64,000 nt of DNA. Source: Candidatus Uhrbacteria bacterium (lineage in GTDB: Bacteria; Patescibacteriota; Patescibacteriia; UBA9934; GWF2-40-263). Each line of letters begins with the position of its first letter. Position 1 is the first letter of the stretch. Below, in pieces: positions 11,571 to 20,259 of the stretch. The notes beneath the pieces are model-generated. The model was not told the DNA's origin. It saw nothing but the letters and a program-made list of their open reading frames with translations, and did no database searches. Both the position numbers and the translations under genes were made by a program. The stretch lies in NCBI GenBank assembly GCA_016188495.1, contig JACPHU010000006.1, positions 1,857 through 65,856 of the forward strand, in the 5' to 3' direction.

Positions 11571-11575
11571 TATTT

Positions 11576-13849
11576 TTATGAGATCAATTTTTGTGTGCCT
11601 ATTTTCGCCGCCATGCCTTCAGACGGGATACTGACGACAAACGTGGATCCTTCTCCTATTTTGGAGTTGAAGCGAATAGTGCCTCCGGTATGGTTTAAGA
11701 TGGATTTGACGAGATAGAGTCCAAGGCCTGTACCATCCACATCTATTTCTTTGGCATTATCCGCTCGGAAGAGTTTTTTAAAAATATGTTCCTGTTGCAT
11801 TTTGGGAATCCCTATTCCCGTATCTGTGACGCGAATAAAAAAGTCTTTTTCGTCTTTTCGAATTTCACATTCTATTTTTCCATCGTGAGGGGTATATTTT
11901 ACAGCATTCGAGAGGAGGTTTTGGAAGATGATCATCGTGAGTTTCGGATCAACAGAGACCAAAGGGATGGTTTCATCAAACATGGTTTGTATGACCAGAT
12001 GCTTTTCTTTGATGATTGGATCGAGTTCTTGAAGAATGGTCTGTGCTATGGAATTAAGATTCGTTGGCTGCGGTTCAACCGTAAAGGTTCCTAATTCAAT
12101 TTTTGATACGTCCAGAAGAGCATTGATGAGCAAGGTCATTCGTTGGGTGCTCGCGTAGATTTCTTGGATGGTTGTTTTTTGTTCTTCTCCCAAATTTCCT
12201 TTATCACCTGCAAGAAGCATTTCCGCATTCCATTTGATAGAAGTAAGAGGTGTGCGCATTTGATGGCTGGCTAAAGAGACAAATTGCGATTTTGCGCGAT
12301 CTATCTCATCTTCCTTTGTGATATCCATACATATTCCAAACATTTTTAGAGCCTCCCTTTGTTCGTTGCGTTGAATATGTCCTATGGCCCGTATCGTGAC
12401 CGTTTCTTGGTTTCGAAGGATTCTAAATTTTATATCCATTTTTTTTTGCGGTTGTTCTATCGCGTCTTGGACTTGATGCACCAGACGATCGCGATCATCC
12501 GGATGCAGGATAGAGATCCAAGTTTGAAAAACCCCTTTCTCTCCCTTTTTTAAGTCTATGCCAAAAAGTTCTTCCAATAAATTGTCGTTTAAGAGAGTGT
12601 CTGTCAGCACATTCCATTCCCATGTCGCGATATTGGCTGACGTTGTCGCTAAAATAAAATGCTCATTGAGCTCTTCAAATTTGTTCTGCTGGTATTTGAT
12701 TTCCGTTATATCTTCTTCTGAAGCAATAAACCCGATCATATTTTGGTTTTCGTCAAAGATCGGACTATTGTGCACGATCGCGTAATAGATTTCACCGTTT
12801 TTTTTTCGATTGGTGATTTCTGTCGTGCTTGGGATGCCGCCGGTTTTCATGCGCCAAAAATTTTCATAGAATTCAACAGGCATGAGTCCGCCCCAGAGCC
12901 TGGGTGTATTGCCGATCATTTCATCTAACGTAAATCCTGTAATCTTTTCGGCCGCCTTATTGGCATAGTAGATCGTTCCATGTATGTCCGTGATCATGGT
13001 ATGGCTGCTTGAACTATCCAACGCTGTTCGAAAAATATCATTTTCTGTCATGGGCAGCGTCTTTTTTTGCGCGTCGTCGTTTTTAGTGAGAGCTTTAAAA
13101 AAATCCGCATTTTTTATGGAAGGATAATGTTCTTCAAAAACGCATTGCGAAGGATTGATGTGATGTTGCATCAGTATGCGATAGGCGTGGTCGATGAATT
13201 TTTGCGGTCCGCTTATGAGAAAGAGGGAATGGGCAAGATTATGTATCTGTGAAAGATCTGAGAATTGGAATAAACTAGTAGAGACTGATGCGGTATTTCC
13301 TTTTTGATTGAAAAGTTCTATTTCTTCTTCGTAAGGGGTCCGGTTTTTATTACGGTCGTAATGATAGAAATGGATCGGTTCAGCATAGGTTGAAAGGGCG
13401 CGCGTGCGCATGATGCATAGGAAAGGCGCCATCGCCACGCCTCCGGAAAGAAGGACGAGAGGATATTGGAATTCTTTTTTAAGTTGGAAGGAAATTCCAA
13501 ATGGACCGATAATCGTGACAGGGCTTTCTGGAGCAAGAGCAAGAAGCGTCTGTTTAAATCCACTCTCGCTTTTTCGGAAAAGAATTTGAATCGTTGTTTG
13601 TCCGATTTTAGGAGGATTGATGATAGAAAAAGCGCGACGGGATCCTTTTGGATCGGGAGCTATCAAACGAGGAAGATCCAACCACACGTATTGTCCAGCC
13701 AGATAGCTTATCGGATGTTCTAATTTGAACGTCGCTTCAAACGTATCCTCGGCCACTTCGATGCATTTTTTGAATCGGGCCGCAACATGTCTGTTGTCGT
13801 GCGTAAGCGTTATCATAAAAAGAAAATAAAAATCCATTATTGTATCCAC
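11576..13849 (-). CDS. Sensor histidine kinase with N-terminal FAD/NAD(P)-binding ferredoxin-reductase-like domain and two PAS domains
   Basis: YLAGQYV, RRAFSI, IIGPFG, LSGGVAMAPF, ISGPQKFI..FEE (FNR fold); PAS motifs YANKAAEKITGF and LHPDDRDR; H-box SHQMRTPLT, NLLSNAVKY, DTGIGI, GTGLGL. Confidence 0.9.
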   Translation of the reverse strand: MDTIMDFYFLFMITLTHDNRHVAARFKKCIEVAEDTFEATFKLEHPISYLAGQYVWLDLPRLIAPDPKGSRRAFSIINPPKIGQTTIQILFRKSESGFKQTLLALAPESPVTIIGPFGISFQLKKEFQYPLVLLSGGVAMAPFLCIMRTRALSTYAEPIHFYHYDRNKNRTPYEEEIELFNQKGNTASVSTSLFQFSDLSQIHNLAHSLFLISGPQKFIDHAYRILMQHHINPSQCVFEEHYPSIKNADFFKALTKNDDAQKKTLPMTENDIFRTALDSSSSHTMITDIHGTIYYANKAAEKITGFTLDEMIGNTPRLWGGLMPVEFYENFWRMKTGGIPSTTEITNRKKNGEIYYAIVHNSPIFDENQNMIGFIASEEDITEIKYQQNKFEELNEHFILATTSANIATWEWNVLTDTLLNDNLLEELFGIDLKKGEKGVFQTWISILHPDDRDRLVHQVQDAIEQPQKKMDIKFRILRNQETVTIRAIGHIQRNEQREALKMFGICMDITKEDEIDRAKSQFVSLASHQMRTPLTSIKWNAEMLLAGDKGNLGEEQKTTIQEIYASTQRMTLLINALLDVSKIELGTFTVEPQPTNLNSIAQTILQELDPIIKEKHLVIQTMFDETIPLVSVDPKLTMIIFQNLLSNAVKYTPHDGKIECEIRKDEKDFFIRVTDTGIGIPKMQQEHIFKKLFRADNAKEIDVDGTGLGLYLVKSILNHTGGTIRFNSKIGEGSTFVVSIPSEGMAAKIGTQKLIS

Positions 13850-13882
13850 TATAGCATTTTTATTTTTAACTCATCAGTTTTT

Positions 13883-14263
13883 ATGTCTCAACATTCGCTG
13901 CTGCTCCTTATTGAAGATGATTCTTTTATTCTTCAAATTTATAAAACGAAATTAGCCAAAGAGTCGTTTCAGGTATTGGTGGCCAAAGACGGGAAGGAAG
14001 CAATGACTATTCTTAAGGATCAAACGCCTTCTTTGGTGTTGCTTGATCTTATTATGCCGAACATGGACGGATTTGAAGTGCTGCAGAGAATGAAGCAAGA
14101 TGATCGGCTCAAGCATATTCCCGTCATCGTGTTATCTAATCTTAGTCAGGAGTCTGATAAGAAACGCGTTATGGATTTAGGGGCAAAAGCATTTCTTGTG
14201 AAATCGGACACAACGCTCGCTTCCATTGTCGATTTGATTAATGAATTCACGAAACCCACCTAG
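13883..14263 (+). CDS. Single-domain response regulator (receiver only)
   Basis: LIEDD, VLLDLIMPNMDG, VLSNL, FLVK. Confidence 0.92.
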   Translation: MSQHSLLLLIEDDSFILQIYKTKLAKESFQVLVAKDGKEAMTILKDQTPSLVLLDLIMPNMDGFEVLQRMKQDDRLKHIPVIVLSNLSQESDKKRVMDLGAKAFLVKSDTTLASIVDLINEFTKPT

Positions 14264-14291
14264 TTTTTTTGAAGTTTTTTGATTTTGGTCC

Positions 14292-14329
14292 CAAAAAAAC
14301 TGATGGAATGTATTCCATCAGTTTTTTTG
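14292..14329. terminator. Bidirectional terminator palindrome related to 11534-11564
   Basis: CAAAAAAACTGATGGAAT-GT-ATTCCATCAGTTTTTTTG. Confidence 0.7.
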
Positions 14330-14350
14330 TTTGTCTATTTTTTGAGAATA

Positions 14351-14390
14351 CTAGGTTCTAGAATCTAGAGTCTAGTAACTAGATTCTAGT
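14351..14390. repeat. Short imperfect tandem repeat with 7-bp period (CTAGNNN)
   Basis: CTAGGTT CTAGAAT CTAGAGT CTAGTAA CTAGATT CTAGT. Confidence 0.7.
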
Positions 14391-14406
14391 CCCGCCTTTG
14401 GCGGGC

Positions 14407-14484
14407 TGGTCGGGATGACAGGGCTCGAACCTGCGGCCTCTTGGTCCCAAACCAAGCGCTCTAAGCCTACTGAGCTACATCCCG
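14407..14484 (-). tRNA. tRNA-Pro(TGG)
   Basis: Reverse complement CGGGATG...CTTGG-TT-TGG-GA-CCAAG...GGTTCGA...CATCCCG-ACCA. Confidence 0.97.
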
Positions 14485-14488
14485 ATTC

Positions 14489-14619
14489 GTGGCTATCCTC
14501 AAATTCGCGATCTTGCCTTTCACGGGCGCCCAGGCACCCCGGAAGTCGTACGTTTGGGTACGTCTTCCGGGGCTGCCAGCCCGTTCAAGGCAATCTCATC
14601 GAATTGGAGAATAGCCCAC
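14489..14619 (-). ncRNA. ~130-nt rod-like hairpin (family A) forming the 5' leader of tRNA-Pro
   Basis: Pairings GGCTAT/ATAGCC, TTGCCTT/AAGGCAA, CCCCGGAAG/CTTCCGGGG; shares GCGATCTTGC and GCAATCTCAT with the 10586 and 11325 copies. Confidence 0.6.
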
Positions 14620-14629
14620 ATGCGGGACG

Positions 14630-14658
14630 ACTATAACAAGATTTTCTTTTTTGAGCAA
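14630..14658 (-). promoter_or_regulatory. Sigma70-like promoter for leader hairpin plus tRNA-Pro
   Basis: Minus strand TTGCTC-17bp-TATAGT with extended TG. Confidence 0.55.
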
Positions 14659-14711
14659 GCCCAAGCGTCATTTTTGGGGGATTCTGGAAAGAGAGTATAA
14701 TTGATTCCAAT

Positions 14712-16544
14712 ATGGCAAGTCGGAGGATTCGATTTAAATTGATCGCGACATTCTTTTTTATTTCTCTTTTCTCTGTTTCCATTATTGGTATTTTAGTTTT
14801 TTTTGCCGATCGATCCAGTTTGTTATCCGAAACAGAAGTCTCTTTGCAGGTTATTGCCAATACCCAATCTCAGGACATTCAACATTTTTTTTCTCAGCTT
14901 GAAACACGGGCGATCGATTTTTCTTCGGATGGATTTATCCGAGAGTCGACAAAGACTCTGACTCAGGAATCAAATGAAAAGGTAAAGGAAGAATTGGTCC
15001 AACATTTACGCAATAATAAGTTGCCTCTGGATGCTTCTCTTTTTGTTATCGAAGTGTTTGATTTAAAAGGTTCTTTGCTTGCGACGACCGGATCTTATCA
15101 GGCAGCTTCTTTTGATGTTTCCAAACAGATACTTGAAAATCTTTCTCCGGACACGGCTGTTCTTTCCCCTTATCTTACACACGAATCTCCTCGGGGTCTC
15201 CAGAAGGTTCTTGTCGCTCTGGCGCCTATTGTCGATAAAGAAACAAATCAACGATTGGGGTATATTGCCAATCATTATTTTTTAGATTCCCTTACAGACA
15301 TTTTAAGGATGAAAAAAACGAATCCTTCCTTCGATCAATTACTTGGTTGGAAAACATTGGAATCCAATCTCGTGTCTTCAGGGGATGTGTTGATTGCCGT
15401 TTCCGATCCTGAAGACGAAAATTTTTTAAACAAAACAACAGACTTGCACGTCTTCGGAACGGTCTGCGGCAACACTGCCTCAGTACGCCAGTATATCAGT
15501 CATAATGGAAAGGAAGCGACCGGTATTGCCCATTGCGTAAATGCGAAAAACTACCTCATTGTCGAAGTTGAATCTCAAGAAATTTTTACGCGTTTGTTCG
15601 AGACGGTCAGAAACATGGTTGCCGTAGCCATAGTAACCGTTGTTCTTATGACGGTTCTGTCACTTTTTCCTGTTCGTAAGATCATCTATCCGTTGGAAGA
15701 ACTCCGCGGAGCCGTAAGGTATTTCGGGGAAGGGAAGGGATTGAGGAGTTTCGTTTATGATAAAAAAGATGAAATTGGAGAATTGTTCCAATCATTCAAA
15801 CAGATGACAGAGAATATTCAGATGGTTGAACAGCGACGTCGGGATTTTATTTCCATTGTTTCGCATCAGATGCGCACGCCATTGACGAGTATTCGTCTGT
15901 ATATGGAATTGTTGAGGAATTCTTTGAAACGGCCAAAGGTCGTCCAGAAAGAATTTATGGATAGTATCGACATTTCGGTCGATCAGATGACGCATCTGAT
16001 TAGTGATTTATTAAACGTATCGCGTATTGAAGCTGGAAAACTCCGTATCCATCCAGTTCTCGTAGACCTCTCCGAGATCATTGGACAGGTTCTTGAGGAG
16101 ATCTCTCCGTTGGCGCAACAAAGTCGCTGTACGATACATGTTACTTCAAAAAATCCTCTTGCTTCTGTGGTTCTTGATCGAGATTTTTTTCATCAAATTT
16201 TGCGTAATTTAATCGTTAACGCCATCAAATATAGTCGTGAAGATGTCTGTGAAGTTTCACTATTTGTCGATGAAATAAAAGAAAATAAACGTTCTTTCTT
16301 AAGGATTCGAGTTCAAGATGCAGGAATCGGCATTAAGCGCGAAGATCAAGCTCATATTTTTGAAAAATTTTTTCGTTCGGAAACGGCGAGGAAACGGAAC
16401 ACGGAAGGAACGGGTTTGGGGTTGTATGTGGCGAAAATGATCCTGGATCAGACAGGAGGTTTCATTTCATTTAAATCGGAGGAGGGAATCGGAACGGTGT
16501 TTACAGTCCTGATTCCAAAGACCGGCATGTCTTCTCAAAAATAG
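14712..16544 (+). CDS. Membrane-bound sensor histidine kinase (extracellular Cache-like sensor, HAMP, HisKA, HATPase)
   Basis: Two TM segments, KKDEIGELFQSFKQM HAMP, SHQMRTPLT, NLIVNAIKY, DAGIGI, GTGLGL. Confidence 0.93.
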   Translation: MASRRIRFKLIATFFFISLFSVSIIGILVFFADRSSLLSETEVSLQVIANTQSQDIQHFFSQLETRAIDFSSDGFIRESTKTLTQESNEKVKEELVQHLRNNKLPLDASLFVIEVFDLKGSLLATTGSYQAASFDVSKQILENLSPDTAVLSPYLTHESPRGLQKVLVALAPIVDKETNQRLGYIANHYFLDSLTDILRMKKTNPSFDQLLGWKTLESNLVSSGDVLIAVSDPEDENFLNKTTDLHVFGTVCGNTASVRQYISHNGKEATGIAHCVNAKNYLIVEVESQEIFTRLFETVRNMVAVAIVTVVLMTVLSLFPVRKIIYPLEELRGAVRYFGEGKGLRSFVYDKKDEIGELFQSFKQMTENIQMVEQRRRDFISIVSHQMRTPLTSIRLYMELLRNSLKRPKVVQKEFMDSIDISVDQMTHLISDLLNVSRIEAGKLRIHPVLVDLSEIIGQVLEEISPLAQQSRCTIHVTSKNPLASVVLDRDFFHQILRNLIVNAIKYSREDVCEVSLFVDEIKENKRSFLRIRVQDAGIGIKREDQAHIFEKFFRSETARKRNTEGTGLGLYVAKMILDQTGGFISFKSEEGIGTVFTVLIPKTGMSSQK

Positions 16545-16623
16545 GACTTTCTCACTTGGTGCATAGCTTTGCCTGCCTACCGGCAGGTAGGCAGGCGCTC
16601 TGCATCCAATTGAGAAAGTCCTA
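16542..16623. repeat. Nested palindrome
   Basis: Outer TAGGACTTTCTCA/TGAGAAAGTCCTA; inner GCCTGCCTACC-GGCA-GGTAGGCAGGC (16571-16596). Confidence 0.8.
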
Positions 16624-16640
16624 AAGAATAAAATTTTTTT

Positions 16641-17036
16641 ATGAAACAGCAACGTCTTTTACTCGTGGAAGATGAAAAGTTGATCGCTCGCGCGTATCAG
16701 CTCGCTTTGGAAAAAGAAGGATACCTCGTAGATCTTGTCTATGACGGCCAACAGGCTCTTTCGGCCATGGATACATGCACCTATGATCTGATTCTTTTGG
16801 ATCTCATTCTTCCTCACATCGACGGATTCGAGCTGATGCAGCGAAAGAATACGCAAGGAGCCTGTAAGAACACACCAATCATCGTTCTTTCAAATCTCGG
16901 ACAAGAAACGGATATTGCCAAAGCGAAAGAGCTTGGTGCTGTTAATTATTTGGTAAAAGCAGATCATTCATTGAATGATGTTCTTCGGATCGTGAAGCGT
17001 ACGCTAGAAAAACATCAAGACCGTGGAAACGAATGA
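16641..17036 (+). CDS. Single-domain response regulator
   Basis: LLVEDE, ILLDLILPHIDG, VLSNL, YLVK; overlaps the pilB start. Confidence 0.92.
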   Translation: MKQQRLLLVEDEKLIARAYQLALEKEGYLVDLVYDGQQALSAMDTCTYDLILLDLILPHIDGFELMQRKNTQGACKNTPIIVLSNLGQETDIAKAKELGAVNYLVKADHSLNDVLRIVKRTLEKHQDRGNE

Positions 17037-18742
17037 ATGCATCTATGACACTCACTTACCAAGCATTACAAGAGATTTTTGTGGATTCAGGAGCTGTTTC
17101 CCAAGAACAGTTCAATACATTACAAGCCACGAAAGAGGCGAAGGAATTGGGTTTAGAGAGAGTTCTTGTTTCTCGCGGATTTTTATCAGAAAAGGAAGTG
17201 GGACAGCTGATGAGTTTTTGGTATCGCGTGCCCTTTGTCGAACTTTCGAAAAAAGACATTCGTCCTCAAGACGTTGTGCTTTTGCCTGAAGCGTTTGCTC
17301 GCGCGCATCATGTGCTGGTGATCAGCCAGCAACCGGAACGAGTGATCGTGGCAAGTTCCACGCCGAAAGATACCGTATTACGCTCATCCTTAGAGAAATA
17401 TTTTCGTACAGAGGTTCAATTCCAGTATGCGACAGAACACGATCTGCGCCAGCATTTTTTCTTGTACCAAGAAGATCCCGATATCCGTATCCAATCCATT
17501 TTAAAAAGAAGTCCTGTCCCCCAAGAGCAGACGGATACGCGGGTGATCGATCTGATCGATGCGATTATCGATATGGGTTATCAACGCGGCGTTTCAGATA
17601 TCCATCTGGAACCAGAAGAAGCTTATCTGGTCATTCGGTATCGTCAGGACGGACTTCTTCATGATGTTGCCCGCATTCCAGAAGCCTTTCACGAGCGGAT
17701 CATGGCTCGATTAAAAGTCCTTTCGCGCTTGGCAACCGATGAGCATCGCAAAGCGCAGGACGGAAAGATTTCCCATAAAACCCCTTGGGGAAGCGATGTG
17801 GAAATTCGCTTGTCTATTCTTCCTACTACACAAAAGGAGAAGGCCGTTATGCGTCTGCTCTCTGAGCAGGCACAGGCGTATTCGCTGGTTGAGCTAGGTT
17901 TGCAAACGGGTGATTATCAGAAAATAGCAGATGCAATGGAGAAACCATGGGGAATGATTCTGGCAACCGGTCCCACGGGATGCGGAAAGACCACCACGCT
18001 TTATGCCATGCTTCAGGTGCTCAATCGACGGGAAGTCAATATCACCACCATCGAAGATCCGGTGGAGGTCGATCTGGAGGGAATCAATCAGATTCAAGTG
18101 GATGAAAAGACCGGACTCACCTTTGCAAAAGGATTGCGTTCTATCGTGCGGCAGGATCCGGATATCATCATGGTGGGAGAGATCCGGGACAGCGAAACGG
18201 CTAGTATCGCGATCAACGCGGCGATGACAGGACATCTGGTTCTTTCGACCCTCCATACCAATGACGCGGCAACGGCGTTCGTACGACTATTAGACATGGG
18301 AATCGAACCGTTCCTTCTCTCTTCGACCGTCAATGTTGTGGTCGCTCAGCGTTTGGTACGCAAAGTCTGTATGAATTGCATCGAATCCGTGACGTTTAAT
18401 GGGACCCAGAAAAAACTATTAGAAAAGACTCCCCAAATCCAGCCTCTGCTTCTTCGGCTTGCCCAGAAGGCAACCGTACGCGGGTTGAGGGTGTTTCACG
18501 GAAAAGGATGTAAGGTATGCCACGGGAGCGGATATAAGGGACGCATAGGGGTTTTTGAAACATTGGTTGTGACAGATGAAATCCGTGAAGCGGTGATGAC
18601 GAAAAAACACGCAGACGAAATTGAGCAAATAGCCATCAGAGAAGGGATGGATTCCATGCTTACGGATGGTTTGCGCAAAGCCTTATTAGGACAAACAACG
18701 CTTGAGGAGGTTTTACGTGTGGTTTATGAAGAAGTTTTATGA
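17033..18742 (+). CDS. pilB: Type IV pilus / T2SS assembly ATPase (PilB/GspE)
   Basis: SDIHLEP, GPTGCGKTTT, TIEDPVE, RQDPDIIMVGEIRD, GHLVLSTLHTND, tetracysteine motif. Confidence 0.93.
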   Translation: MNASMTLTYQALQEIFVDSGAVSQEQFNTLQATKEAKELGLERVLVSRGFLSEKEVGQLMSFWYRVPFVELSKKDIRPQDVVLLPEAFARAHHVLVISQQPERVIVASSTPKDTVLRSSLEKYFRTEVQFQYATEHDLRQHFFLYQEDPDIRIQSILKRSPVPQEQTDTRVIDLIDAIIDMGYQRGVSDIHLEPEEAYLVIRYRQDGLLHDVARIPEAFHERIMARLKVLSRLATDEHRKAQDGKISHKTPWGSDVEIRLSILPTTQKEKAVMRLLSEQAQAYSLVELGLQTGDYQKIADAMEKPWGMILATGPTGCGKTTTLYAMLQVLNRREVNITTIEDPVEVDLEGINQIQVDEKTGLTFAKGLRSIVRQDPDIIMVGEIRDSETASIAINAAMTGHLVLSTLHTNDAATAFVRLLDMGIEPFLLSSTVNVVVAQRLVRKVCMNCIESVTFNGTQKKLLEKTPQIQPLLLRLAQKATVRGLRVFHGKGCKVCHGSGYKGRIGVFETLVVTDEIREAVMTKKHADEIEQIAIREGMDSMLTDGLRKALLGQTTLEEVLRVVYEEVL

Positions 18743-19825
18743 AAAAACATGATCAACCTTGGTATAAACGCCAGATCGATTTGTTTCCGGTGCCGCAGAC
18801 GCAGATCGTTTCCTTGGTAAAAAATTTTTCTATTATGCTCGAGGCGGGAATTGCTGTGCCGGAAGCGATTGAGGTTCTCGTTGACCAGTCGTCTGGTACG
18901 CTCAAGAGCGTCATGAAAACGGTTTCTGTGCGGCTTTCGTCAGGAGAGCGTCTTTGGGAGGCATTTTCTCATGCGCAACGAGTTTTTTCTCCGATTTTTT
19001 TAAGCGCGGTACAGGCAGGAGAGGCTTCTGGAACGCTCGCGGGAAATCTGTCTCATGTTGCCGCGCAGATGGAACAAGACTCGTCTCTTAGGCGTTCTAT
19101 TGAAGGGGCTCTTTTGTATCCCGGCGTCGTGGTGTCCGCCACGCTTATTCTCGGATTATTATTGGCAACATTCGTTTTGCCCGAACTCGCTTCCGTTTTC
19201 GCTTCGTTGAATATGCCCCTTCCTTGGAGCACAAAAACGCTTCTGTGGCTTGCCGGCATGTTTGCCCAAGACGGCTATTGGCTGACTCCGCTGCTTATTT
19301 TTTCTCTCTTCGGTTTGGTTGTTTTATGGCGCCAGCGCTTTTTGTCGCCTGTTACAGATGTTATCATTTTGCGTTTACCGGGATTAGGTCTTTTTTTTTC
19401 ACAATATCGCTCGGGCGCATTTTTGCCGAGGCATGGGCACGTTGCTTGAATCCGGAATTCCACTACAAGAAGCATTGCAGATTCAGGTCCAATCGATAGA
19501 GAATCATGCCTATCAACGGTCAGTGCTATCGATGGTTGACCAGGTTGCCTCCGGAGAAGGATTCGCGCAAGCGCTCGCCCGATATCCCCGTCTTTTTCCT
19601 CTTTTGATCCAGCGGATGGTTTTTGTCGGAGAACATTCAGGCAGACTCGACCAGCTCTTCTTTTTTCTCGCCCGATTTTATGAAGAAGATGTATCGTTGC
19701 GGGCAAAAAATCTTTCTTCGGTTATTGAGCCTCTCTTGCTAATGGTGATCGGTCTTGGGGTCGCGTTTGTCGCTTTTTCTATTTTTACGCCTATTTATTC
19801 CATTACCAGCGGTCTGGGCTTATGA
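18739..19825 (+). pseudogene. pilC: Type IV pilus platform protein PilC/GspF, split by a +1 frameshift in a T9 run at 19391-19399 (real or sequencing error)
   Basis: Two overlapping ORFs carry the two T2SSF repeats (AGEASGTL, VGEHSGRL); removing one T gives continuous ...GLFFHNIARAHFCRGMGTLLESG... Confidence 0.85.
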
Positions 19826-20259
19826 GAGCTCAAGGAGGATTTACCATGATCGAACTTCTGATGAGTCTGGCGATCGCAGGCATTGTTTTGGCAGTTTCGC
19901 CTCTGACGTTTGGTTCTTTTCAGGAACAACACCAGATAGAGTTCGCTGTGCAGGCAAGCGCACAGGCATTGAGAAGAGCTCAGATACAGGCTCAAGCAGT
20001 GGCAAACGACCAAACATGGGGAGTCTTTTTTCAAAATGGAAGTGTGACGATTTTTCAGGGTTCAAGCTATGCAGCGCGCAACAGCGCTTTTGATGAGGAT
20101 CAACAGATTGCGCCGGAGGTGACCCTGGGAGGTGTTGCGGAGGTAGTCTACAGTAAACTGACCGGCGAACCTCAAACAACAGGAGTCATCACATTTGAAA
20201 CCCTGCATGAAACACGAACGTTGACGCTCCTTGAAAAAGGGGCTTTATCCTATGACTAA
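19822..20259 (+). CDS. Minor pilin / pseudopilin (FimT/GspH-like)
   Basis: Prepilin motif GFTMIELLM. Confidence 0.85.
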   Translation: MRAQGGFTMIELLMSLAIAGIVLAVSPLTFGSFQEQHQIEFAVQASAQALRRAQIQAQAVANDQTWGVFFQNGSVTIFQGSSYAARNSAFDEDQQIAPEVTLGGVAEVVYSKLTGEPQTTGVITFETLHETRTLTLLEKGALSYD

